A DNA stretch of 59,082 bases from Octopus bimaculoides (taxonomy: Eukaryota): contig NC_069000.1 in the NCBI RefSeq assembly GCF_001194135.2, forward strand, positions 12,562,019 to 12,621,100, read 5' to 3'. The notes beneath the pieces are model-generated. The model worked only from the letters and a program-made list of their open reading frames with translations, was not told the origin of the DNA and ran no database searches. Position numbers and translations under genes: made by a program. This document shows positions 39,541 to 50,013 of the stretch, in pieces. Position 1 is the first letter of the stretch, and every line of letters starts with the position of its first letter.

Positions 39541-40090
39541 NNNNNNNNNNNNNNNNNNNNNNNNNNNNNNNNNNNNNNNNNNNNNNNNNNNNNNNNNNNN
39601 NNNNNNNNNNNNNNNNNNNNNNNNNNNNNNNNNNNNNNNNNNNNNNNNNNNNNNNNNNNNNNNNNNNNNNNNNNNNNNNNNNNNNNNNNNNNNNNNNNNN
39701 NNNNNNNNNNNNNNNNNNNNNNNNNNNNNNNNNNNNNNNNNNNNNNNNNNNNNNNNNNNNNNNNNNNNNNNNNNNNNNNNNNNNNNNNNNNNNNNNNNNN
39801 NNNNNNNNNNNNNNNNNNNNNNNNNNNNNNNNNNNNNNNNNNNNNNNNNNNNNNNNNNNNNNNNNNNNNNNNNNNNNNNNNNNNNNNNNNNNNNNNNNNN
39901 NNNNNNNNNNNNNNNNNNNNNNNNNNNNNNNNNNNNNNNNNNNNNNNNNNNNNNNNNNNNNNNNNNNNNNNNNNNNNNNNNNNNNNNNNNNNNNNNNNNN
40001 NNNNNNNNNNNNNNNNNNNNNNNNNNNNNNNNNNNNNNNNNNNNNNNNNNNNNNNNNNNNNNNNNNNNNNNNNNNNNNNNNNNGGGGGGG

Positions 40091-40235
40091 GGCTCACAAT
40101 CATGATGTTATGAGTTTGATTCCCGGGTCCGGCTGTGTGTTGTGTTCTTGAGCAAGACACTTTATTTCACGTTTGCTCCAGTTCACCCAGCTGTAGAAAT
40201 AAGTTGCGACGTCACTGGTGCCAAGCTGTATCGGG
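40091..40235 (+). mobile_element. SINE related to family D, 5' end in the gap
   Basis: GAGTTTGATTCCCGG...GTTGTGTTCTTGAGCAAGACACTTTATTTCACGTTTGCTCCAGTTCACCCAGCTG. Confidence 0.75.
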
Positions 40236-41523
40236 TAGAAAACCTAGATGCCACAACTGTAGTTGATACTGGAATACGTTGTATCTCTCACATTTTGACC
40301 ATCAAATGGTTTTAGTTCTTTTGCGTCTCATAGAACACGCCTTATCTCTGACATTTAGTCCTGGGATTACTATTAATTGAAAATCTTGATTAGTATCTTG
40401 AGTTTCGCCTGAATGAGGATATGCAGATCCATCTCAACACGATTTTTCCCTTCGGAAAAAAATTATCTCTAGCACATTTCATTACATATTAGAAATTTTC
40501 CTCAGATCACTCTCCGTTCCAATTATATTGGTATTCTTGTAAATTCCACAGTTCGATGCGAGTCGGTGGAATATGCTTCCGGACCAGAGTTTTTGATTGA
40601 AGAATCACTCGTATGCAACTAAAATGACATGCATGTGTTGCAAAGTCTATGCCTCACCCACACTGACGCGCTTTTAAGCAGTGTACACCTTGCTTGTTGG
40701 GATACCCACTCCAGTTAAAGATTTTTCTCATATGCATCCGTATATCAATGCTTTTGTCTCTGTTTGAGTAAGGATCTACTATGGTATTGTGTTCGTAACT
40801 CTTGTTAGTCTGTTGATATGTCGTTTTGAATACTTTTCTGTTATTGATGAGTGTTGCCAAGCGATACAAAACCAAAAGGTTTATACCACACCTGTAAATG
40901 AGGTGATGCACCTGCTGCTGCTGCTGCTGTTATATTTGATACTGTGGCTGTTGTTCTTTATTACTGATTTGGCGTTAGCACTTCAATTGCTATTACTACA
41001 GTTTGTGGTGGCGGTGGCAATAAATACTGTTTCCCCGCAAGTGGTTTTGAAGATGACGGCAGATAATTACCTGGTTTTGCTTGCTTCGCTATCGCTTTTG
41101 CTGTTATTGTTGTTGTTGCAGTTGCTGCTGCTGTTCTTCACACTGATCCTGCTATTGTTAATCACATTTTTTTTTTTGCGGTGTTGTATGGTGTTGTCTA
41201 GAAATGAGTTTCGCCTTCAAAATTCCATCTTGCTGCCCTACCGGCAGGGACATAACTATAAAGGTTATTTTGAATATTGTGCTTTGAATGAAAACAAATA
41301 TACTTTCCTTTAAACTTTTACCCGTGATAAGAGCAAAAACTGGAGACTATCAATCCTTTACAGTCCTGGTCGACATAGTAAAATGATAAAACTACAAAGT
41401 CACCGAATGTAATTCTATGAAATGTATAACAAGATACAAATTCACAGAGCTTCCAAATGACGTTTGCCCACGGCAAAGAAGAATATTAATTACACAGCAA
41501 CAAAAACAACAATGTGTCTTATA

Positions 41524-41620
41524 GGGGTAGATGTGGCTGTGTAATAAGAGGTTTGTTTACCAACCACACGGGTTCAGTCCCACTGCATGGTAGCATGGGC
41601 AAGTGTCTCTTACTGTAGTT
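41524..41620 (+). mobile_element. SINE family B head fragment, followed by a family A core fragment on the minus strand (about 41635-41697)
   Basis: GTGGCTGTGT...CCAACCACA...GGTTCAGTCCCACTGCATGG...GGGCAAGTGTC, then CTGGTAC...GAAAGGATGAAAGCCAAAGTCGACC. Confidence 0.75.
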
Positions 41621-41711
41621 TCGACTCCAGTGCATAACTGGTACGTATTTCATCAACCTAGAAAGGATGAAAGCCAAAGTCGACCTGGGCGGATTATGAA
41701 ACAATAATAGG

Positions 41712-42343
41712 AATAATAATCCTTTCTACTATTGGCACAATCTCAGAAATCTTTTGGAGGGGTGGTCAGTCGATTTTGTCGACCCCAGTGCCCAACAGGT
41801 GCTTATTTTATCGACACAGAGAGGGTGGAAAGCAAAAAACGACTTCGGCGGCGTTAGAGCTCACCTCGCAAAAACAGGCGAAATGCCGCTTAGTATTTTT
41901 CACATTGCGTGCTAAAGATTCCGCCAGCTCAATAACAATAGTGATTACAAAAGCAACAACAACTACAAGAATAAAATCAATAATCTATTTGATTGTAATT
42001 TCAATCCTAGCTTGAGGAAGAAAATATAAATCTGCTGCCCGTTGATATTTCTTTAACATGTAAATAAATTTAGTGTAATTATTTTTGTCGAGTTATTAAA
42101 ATTGTCTCCTATTATTTGAGAGCATTTAACAATGTTCACTTTTAGTTTTACCCCTCCAACTATGAAGGAACTTTTAATTAAACTAAGATTTCTTTAACAT
42201 ATGTTAAGCTTTATTTCATCCTTTTGTTACCTAAATTAACGCCATAGGTACATAGCAGTTGTCCCACTTATATCAGTATGAATTTGTTTTTCATCTTACG
42301 ATTTACATGAGGTAAAATATTTAACTCTTTTGCTCTCAAACTT
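41712..42343 (+). repeat. Local duplication, copy 1 (minus-strand family A SINE plus ~400 bp of non-SINE flank)
   Basis: Aligns with 42935-43576. Positions 42035-42163 and 43260-43388 are identical over 129 bp. Confidence 0.97.
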
Positions 42344-42393
42344 CAGTTGGAATGTACAAGTATGATGAAGTCCAGGGTCTTTTTCCTTTTCAT

Positions 42394-42600
42394 GGGCAGC
42401 TCGATTAATTAATTTTCTTTAATGAAACACTTTGAAACTTCGTATACTGGTAGAATGTGTCATATAGAACATCTTTTACTCTTAGCGTTGTTGAGAAAAG
42501 TTTCTATTTACGAAGTTATTTCGTGTTAAAGTTGTCGTATTTCGGTAATTGCAACCAATCAATGACGTGTATTTAGCTGAATAAAATTACTGCTGTTGTT
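42394..42600. repeat. Solo arm of the long inverted-repeat element seen at 45349-45903
   Basis: Shares GAAACACTTTGAAACTTCGTATACT, AGAATGTGTCATATA and AAGTTATTTCGTGTTAAAGTTGTCGTATTTCGGTAATTGCAACCAATCAATGACGTGTATTTAGCTGAATA with both arms of that element. Confidence 0.85.
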
Positions 42601-42764
42601 TGTCATCAGTTTCTACTAAGATAGAGACGTGAGTAAAACTGATAATAGAGAAACGAAAACAAAACTTTGGAAACAGCCTAAAGGGAGATAATTGAGAAGA
42701 ACTTGAAAGTCATCATAAGATCGTAATCCTGTAAAGTAAAGTAAATATAACAAATAATTCAGAA

Positions 42765-42934
42765 TCCTTGTCTGGTACCAGATCCCCAAATCTAATCAGT
42801 TTGTGCCAGTCGTGAGGCCAAACATCCATGAAAGTCTAATCCGAATCCATCCAACGGTTTTTGATGTAATATCTTGTCCACCGACAAACAAACTCCAGTG
42901 AAAACAATACCACCGCCTTCGCTAAGGTGAAGGT
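42765..42934. mobile_element. Hairpin-terminated non-autonomous element, Helentron-associated (HINE/DINE-like) candidate
   Basis: Ends ...CAAACAAAC..GAAAACAATACCACCGCCTTCGCTAAGGTGAAGGTAATAAT with the hairpin CCTTCGC-TAAG-GTGAAGG. It resembles a widespread aquatic-animal repeat I recall ending GAAAACATAACCTCCTTGGCGGAGGTAA. The family assignment is from memory. Confidence 0.5.
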
Positions 42935-43576
42935 AATAATAATCCTTTCTACTATTGGCTCAATCCCCGAAATCTTGCGAAGAGAAGGCCAGTCGATTTT
43001 GTCGACCCCAGTGACCTACGGGTATTTATTTCATCGACACATGGAGGATGGAAAGCGAAAACGACTTCGGCGGAAGTAGAACTCCCTTCGCAAAAACGGG
43101 CAAAATGCCACTTAGCATTTTTCACATTGCATGCAAAAGATTCCGCCAGCTCAATAACAACAGTGATTACGAAAGCAACAACAACAACTACAAGAATAAA
43201 ATTAATAATCTATTTGATTGTAATTTCAATCCTAGCTTGAGGAAGAAAATTTGAACCTACTGCCCGTTGATATTTCTTTAACATGTAAATAAATTTAGTG
43301 TAATTATTTTTGTCGAGTTATTAAAATTGTCTCCTATTATTTGAGAGCATTTAACAATGTTCACTTTTAGTTTTACCCCTCCAACTATAAGGGAAATTTT
43401 AATTAAACTGAGATTTCTTTAACATATGTTAAGCTTTATTTCATCCTTTTGTTACTTAAATTAACGCCATAGGAACATAACAGTTGTCCCACTTATATCA
43501 GTATGAATTTGTTTTTAATCTAACAATTTATATGAGGTAAATTATTTAACTTTTTAACTCTTTTGCTCTCAAACTT
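42935..43576 (+). repeat. Local duplication, copy 2
   Basis: Starts AATAATAATCCTTTCTACTATTGGC and ends CTCTTTTGCTCTCAAACTT, as copy 1 does. Offset is about 1225 bp. Confidence 0.97.
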
Positions 43577-43652
43577 ATATAAAGACTAGCGAAATAATTC
43601 TAAGCATTTAGTCCGGAGTGCTAACGATTCAACTAGTTCGCTGCCTTACCAT

Positions 43653-43862
43653 AATCTTTTCTACTATAGGCCTGAAACTTGGTGGAGTGGTCTAGTCGAT
43701 TACATCAACCCCATTATTTCCCTGGTACTTTATTTATCGACCCCGAAAGGATGAAAGGCAAAGTCGACCTCGCCGGAATTTGAACACAGAACGTAGCGGC
43801 AGACAAAATACCGCTAAGCATTTCGCTCGGCGTGCTAACTATTCTGCCAGATTCGCTGCCTT
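43653..43862 (-). mobile_element. SINE family A, near consensus
   Basis: TTTATCGACCCCGAAAGGATGAAAGGCAAAGTCGACCTCGCCGGAATTTGAACACAGAACGTAGCGGCAGAC...GCGTGCTAAC. Confidence 0.92.
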
Positions 43863-44441
43863 GTCGCTTTAACATAATGATNNNNNNNNNNNNNNNNNNN
43901 NNNNNNNNNNNNNNNNNNNNNNNNNNNNNNNNNNNNNNNNNNNNNNNNNNNNNNNNNNNNNNNNNNNNNNNNNNNNNNNNNNNNNNNNNNNNNNNNNNNN
44001 NNNNNNNNNNNNNNNNNNNNNNNNNNNNNNNNNNNNNNNNNNNNNNNNNNNNNNNNNNNNNNNNNNNNNNNNNNNNNNNNNNNNNNNNNNNNNNNNNNNN
44101 NNNNNNNNNNNNNNNNNNNNNNNNNNNNNNNNNNNNNNNNNNNNNNNNNNNNNNNNNNNNNNNNNNNNNNNNNNNNNNNNNNNNNNNNNNNNNNNNNNNN
44201 NNNNNNNNNNNNNNNNNNNNNNNNNNNNNNNNNNNNNNNNNNNNNNNNNNNNNNNNNNNNNNNNNNNNNNNNNNNNNNNNNNNNNNNNNNNNNNNNNNNN
44301 NNNNNNNNNNNNNNNNNNNNNNNNNNNNNNNNNNNNNNNNNNNNNNATATATATATATAATGGATTTGGTGTTAAGAATTGAGCCAGCATCTATAGAATT
44401 AGCATTTAGCAGCACAAGAGTGAGAGAGAGAGAAAGAGAGT

Positions 44442-44491
<50 letters not shown>

Positions 44492-45036
44492 CAGAGAAAT
44501 AGAGAGAGAGAGAGACAGAAATAGAGAGAGAGAGAGACAGAGAGAGAGAGACATGCTGATAGGAGTGTTGTCGGAAAGCAGATTAATAAACTAAAACTAT
44601 CAATCGTCACTCACTTGCCATTAATTAAAGCAGTGTGCGTGAGGAGGACAATAATTCTTCAGATCTCATTTGAAGGTTCATGCACTTATAGCCTTGGCAA
44701 GGTCAAATGTCTTGTTCCCACTTGATATATGGGCCCAGTTGATTTATTTATTTAGGTACTTCTTTGTTTATTTATTATCCTTATTTCACCTTTCAACACC
44801 CTTCCCCAACTTCCATCAGTCTCTTTCTTAAATACATACAGACATAAGCTTACGCAGCCCTTGTCATTCACATGCACACGAATACAAGAATGCTCATAAA
44901 TATACAGACTCCCCACCAAAAAACTATATACATTTAGATTTTCAACGATATACACACAACAGAAACACACAAATATACGCACGTATAACGCAGATAAATG
45001 TGTGTATATGTGTATACGTGTGTGTGCGCTCGCATA

Positions 45037-45109
<73 letters not shown>

Positions 45110-45348
45110 NNNNNNNNNNNNNNNNNNNNNNNNNNNNNNNNNNNNNNNNNNNNNNNNNNNNNNNNNNNNNNNNNNNNNNNNNNNNNNNNNNNNNNNNNNN
45201 NNNNNNNNNNNNNNNNNNNNNNNNNNNNNNNNNNNNNNNNNNNNNNNNNNNNNNNNNNNNNNNNNNNNNNNNNNNNNNNNNNNNNNNNNNNNNNNNNNNN
45301 NNNNNNNNNNNNNNNNNNNNNNNNNNNNNNNNNNNNNNNNNNNNNNTG

Positions 45349-45903
45349 ATAGAATGTGTCATATAAAACAACTTCTTCTCTTAACCTTCTTAACAAAATT
45401 TTGTACATCGCAAGTTATTTCATGTTAAAGTTGTCGTATTTCTGTAATTTCAACCAATCACTGACGTCTATTCAGCTGAATACAGTCAGTGCTTGCCGGT
45501 GATTAAAACGTTATTCCCTGTGACATATTTCACCCAGTTTAATCGTAATTTATACGCATATATTGTTTATATAATAAATTACGCTAACCCTAGCCCTAAC
45601 CCTAACCCTAACCCCAACCCTAACCCTATTTTGATGGCTTTTCCCCCTTTGTTTACGAACAGTCTAGTTAATCGGAAATGTCAGAACTAACGGGGATTAA
45701 TACCATATACACCGTTACAGCACTTACTATTTTCAACTGAATAGACGTCAGTGATTAGTTGAAATTATCGAAATAAGACAATTTTTAACGTGAAATAACT
45801 TCGAATACAAAATTTATTATCTGTTCTATACCACAAAATATACAAGTATACAAAGTTTGAAAGTGTTTCGGTACCAAAACACGACATAAAAAAATGTTGC
45901 CCG
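45349..45903. mobile_element. Long-TIR (foldback-like) non-autonomous DNA element with internal (CCCTAA)n
   Basis: The left arm (45349-45500, truncated by the gap) is the reverse complement of the right arm (45711-about 45900), e.g. TTTCAACCAATCACTGACGTCTATTCAGCTGAA versus TTCAACTGAATAGACGTCAGTGATTAGTTGAAA. Confidence 0.75.
45584..45627 (+). repeat. Interstitial telomere-like repeat (CCCTAA) x ~7, two variant units
   Basis: CTAACCCTAGCCCTAACCCTAACCCTAACCCCAACCCTAACCCT. Confidence 0.9.
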
Positions 45904-45936
45904 TCAAATCACAACGGTCCGAAAGAGACATATATA

Positions 45937-47194
45937 TTAGGTCATCTCATAAATAATGCGGTTTTTATACGTCTTTTATTTTTTAAAATTAAGATAAAGT
46001 TTTCTTTTTAATCTAAAATATACTTTCCTTTATTTTCTACAAGGCCTCTCTTCCAAAATTCACTTGTCCGTGACGAAAAATACTCCTCCAGTACAGTTCT
46101 GACTTCGTCTACAAAATTCTTTTTTTTTTCCGTCCAAATGATTTTGAAGACAGCTGAAAATATTATAGTCGTCAGATGGGGCAATGTCCGGCGAATACTG
46201 TGAGTGGGGCATCGTTTTCATTCAAACTGCTCCAGCCTTTTTGAATGTCATCCTCGCTGTATGTGGCCAAGCATTATCCTGATGGAAGAACACCTTTCGA
46301 CTTGAAACTGAAGATGGTCGTATTTCTTCTTGTGTTGACTTAAGGTGATCAAGCTGCTCGCAGTAGATCTCCTTTGTTATCGTTTGGTTTGGGCTTAAAA
46401 GTTCAAAGTAGACTAAACCTGTCATATTTCACCAAACAGATAACAACACACTGCGTGGATAAAGACATTCTTTAACATGGGATGCCTGTGTATTTCCTTT
46501 CCCTACCCACTGTCTTCGGCGCTTGAAATTTTTATAGAGAATCCATTTCTTATCACCTGTCACTGGTCGGTCAAAAAAAGGTTCATTCGTGAGAAGTGCC
46601 AGCAAAGAAGGGCACACATTCACTCTCTGCGCGCGATTAGACTCGGAAAGTATGTGAAGAAGCCATTGACCTAATTTGTTAACTTTTCCGATGGCACTCA
46701 TGTGTCGATGAATGGCTGAATGATCAAATCCAAGCTTCTCTGCTAGTTCCTCAACAGTTACGATAGGATTTCGTTCCACCAGGGTTTGCAAGACGTCCTC
46801 GTCGAGCTCTACAGCTCTCCCAGGACGTGGCTCATCTTCTACGTTGTAGCTTCCGGCTCGGAATTTCTGGAACCACCGTTGACACTGGCTTACGATTATT
46901 GTCCAATCCCCATATACTGCATTAATATTTCTCGCACTTTCCGTTGCGTTGTTGCCTTTACTGAACTCCTAAAGCAAAATTTGCCGAATATGCTCCTTTG
47001 TCACTTCCATTATAGCTTTCAAAAAAATAACTGTTAAAATCGAAATGCGCTTTTCAAAACTGGCGCTAAGATTAAGCACAAAGTGAAATTACTACCTGCA
47101 TTTATTGCAAGTTGATGCAGGTAGTTTATCCCGTCCCCCTCCGACTTTTAGTTCATGAATTTTAAAAAACCGCAATATTTATGGGATGACCTAA
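45937..47194 (-). mobile_element. Full-length mariner (Tc1/mariner, DD34D) DNA transposon, 1258 bp
   Basis: Terminal inverted repeats of about 30 bp: TTAGGTCATCTCATAAATAATGCGGTTTTT at the left and AAAAACCGCAATATTTATGGGATGACCTAA at the right. Both ends are flanked by TA (45935-36, 47195-96). An internal transposase lies on the minus strand. The TIR resembles the Hsmar1-type TTAGGTTGGTGCAAAAGTAATTGCGGTTTT as I recall it. Confidence 0.97.
46008..47010 (-). pseudogene. Inactivated mariner transposase
   Basis: Manual translation from the ATG at 47010: MEVTKEHIRQILL*EFSKGNNATESARNINAVYG...CQRWFQKFRAG...EDEPRPGR...WLLHIL (WVPHEL-like)...VTGDKKW...SVW*NMTG...FHQDNAWPHT...YSPDIAPSDDY...FWKRGLVENKGKYILD*. 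There are 34 residues between the second and third catalytic Asp. It carries three in-frame stops and a frameshift at the T10 run near 46120-46129. ORF-track entries 46429-46791 and 46222-46425 are pieces of it. Confidence 0.95.
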
Positions 47195-47489
47195 TACTAT
47201 ATATTATCTTTACCGTACGCACTGACAAACACGGAAGCGTAGTCACACCTTCTCACATATACGTACACACACATTTTCTCTTACACACACAGGTGATCAC
47301 ACACTTTCATCTATATACGCAGACACACATGCACACATGCTATAAGCTATACACATTGTCGTATAGTAAAACAAGCTTGTCCCTGTATACATTCAGAAAA
47401 ATACTCTAGACGCTATAAAGCTCTCCATACATTGAGACACAACTGGCCATTATAGACTGACTCACACGAACACATAGTATATATGTATA

Positions 47490-47750
47490 GGTGCTGGTTT
47501 AACTGTGTGATATGAAATTTGCTTCCCAAGCACACGTTTCTGGGTTCAGTCCCACAAGGTACCTCGGGCAAGCGTCTTCTACTACAGCCTCGGGCCAACG
47601 AAAGCCTTGTGAGCAGATTTGCATGACGGAAAATGAAATAAGCCTGTCGTACATATGCGTGTGTGTGTAAGTGTATGTGTGTATGTGTGTGTGTATGTGT
47701 TCGTATCTGTTTGTCACCCACAACCATTTGACAATCGGCGCAGTGTAATA
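47490..47750 (+). mobile_element. SINE family B, 3'-truncated, diverged
   Basis: TTTGCTTCCCAAGCAC...GGGTTCAGTCCCAC..GGTACCTCGGGCAAGCGTCTTCTACTACAGCCTCGGGCC...AAAGCCTTGTGAG. Confidence 0.85.
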
Positions 47751-47808
47751 CCAGAAAGAAGGAATTTAAAAAAATAGAACTGATAAACACGAACACACAT
47801 ATACGTTT

Positions 47809-47848
<40 letters not shown>

Positions 47849-47889
47849 ACACACACACACACATGTTTGTACACACATACACACACACA

Positions 47890-47921
<32 letters not shown>

Positions 47922-48091
47922 CGTACACGCAGACACTTTAACATTCCATTAATACGGACACATCGACGGAGACACACATATATGTTCTTCACCAAGACCC
48001 AATTATATACAATCATCATCGTAGCATTTGAGTATATTTCTACTGTTTTGCACACTGTCGCCTGAGCCTGAAAAAAGAAACACACACACAC

Positions 48092-48207
<116 letters not shown>

Positions 48208-48587
48208 ATATATACACACACACAGGCATATACATATATATATACATATACATATATATATATTTATGACGACAGCTATTAAGGATTATTAGATGGATTA
48301 TGTAGCTTCACAGTGTTAATCCATCACATCTAACGACTATCATCATCGTTATTCGTGTCACACATATATGACATAATGAAAACAGCATTGCTTTAATCCC
48401 TTTCTTTTACGCTCTCCTCGGGAAAAAGAAAAAAAAAACATATATCGTCGTAACGTAGAAAGACTATATTTGAATTGACGCAGTCGCGGGAAAGTGGGAA
48501 AAGAATGTCACGTGATTTGACAGTATGGTTGCGCGTAACGCGGTAATTACCTGTGTTCGCTGACGGAACTGTTGTCACTGGAGATTG

Positions 48588-48618
<31 letters not shown>

Positions 48619-48894
48619 TTTGTTTATCTATTTATTCATTTATTCATGAGGGGGTCTTTTTTTTTGTCTTTTTAGGGTCACATTCAAGTAATGGCTTGGG
48701 AGGGATGAACTGTCAGAAAAAAGTAATTAATTGAGTTGTTTAGGAGACATCAACGGAGAAAAGGAATAAATAAGTAAATAAAATAAAAAGAATAATAAGA
48801 GTTGATCACTGAATGCTCGGACTGAAGAAGTGAAACGATAAGAAGCTATGTTGCTGTTGAATGGGAGATATTAGAAAAGGTGGGTTCTAGAGCC

Positions 48895-49490
48895 AGAGGG
48901 GGATGGGGAGGGAGGGGGAGGCAGACAGAGAGAGGCAGAGAGAGACAGAGAGAGACAGAGAGAGACAGAGAGAGAGAGACAGAGAGAGGCAGAGAGAGAG
49001 AGACAGAGAGAGGCAGAGAGAGGCAAAGAGTAAGAGAGATAGAAAGACAGAGACAGGGAGAGGGAGGTATAGATAGAGATAGAGAGAGACAGACAGACAG
49101 ATAGAAAGAGACAGAGAGGGAGTGAGGGAGAAAGAGAGGGACAGAGAGACAAAGTGGGGAAATGGGGAAGAGAGGCTGAGAGAGGTAGAGAGAGAGACAG
49201 AAAGACAAAGAGAAGGAAAGAGAGAGAAAAACAGAGAGACAGACATTAAGGGAGAGAAGGAAGAGAGGGACAGAGAGACCGAGAGAGACAGAGGGAGGGA
49301 CAGAAAGAGAAAAAGTGGGAGAATGATAGAGCGACAAAGACAGACAGACAGACAGAAAGACAGAGAGAAGGAGAGAAAGGGAGATATAGACAGAGAGGGC
49401 GAGAGAGACAGAGAGAGACACAGAGAGAGAGGGGGAGAAAAATAGAGGAGGATAAAGGCGAGTGAGAAACATGGAGAGAGACCTAAATAA
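48895..49490. repeat. ~600-bp imperfect (GA/GACA)n polypurine tract
   Basis: Read directly; it explains the ORF cluster at 48846-49628. Confidence 0.95.
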
Positions 49491-49599
49491 TAGTTCCGCA
49501 TTAAAAGAGAATGATATTTGAAAATAAAAATGGATGTAGCTGAGAAAACTACGTAGGTACGTAGATACATCTATACATACATGCAGTTGCATCACTGGA

Positions 49600-49917
49600 A
49601 CCGTAATGGAAGCTTGTTTCCCAACCACATAGTTCCAGGTTCAGTCCCACTGCGTGGCACGTTGGGCAAGTGTCTTCTACTATAGTCTCGGACCGACCAA
49701 AGCCTTGTAAGAGGCTATGGTAGACGGAAACTGAAAGAAGCCCGTCATATATGTATATATCTGTATGTATATGTATGTATGTATATAGTTGTGTGTATGT
49801 ATGTGTGTTTTCCCCCCTGCATTGCTTGACAACCGATGTTGATATGTTACATCCTCATAACTTAATGGTTCGGCAAAAGGACCCGACAGAATAAGTACTA
49901 GGCTGATAAAGAATAAG
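49600..49917 (+). mobile_element. SINE family B, 3' end truncated
   Basis: GAAGCTTGTTTCCCAACCACATAGTTCCAGGTTCAGTCCCACTGCGTGGCACGTTGGGCAAGTGTCTTCTACTATAG...GAATAAGTACTAGGCT. Confidence 0.9.
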
Positions 49918-50013
49918 GCTTTGGTCGGCTCGTGAAGACACGTACCGAAGTCTGCCACGCAGTAGGACTGAACCAGGAACCATATGGTTGGGAAGCAAGC
50001 TTCTTACCACACA
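49918..50013 (-). mobile_element. SINE family B head in inverted orientation, abutting the previous copy
   Basis: GCTTTGGTCGG...GAAGACAC...GCCACGCAGTAGGACTGAACCAGGAACCATATGGTTGGGAAGCAAGCTTCTTACCACAC. Confidence 0.88.

Noticed and set aside
48818-48845. CTGAAGA-AGT-GAAAC hammerhead-like string
   Set aside because: Only 3 nt lie between the cores and there are no flanking stems.
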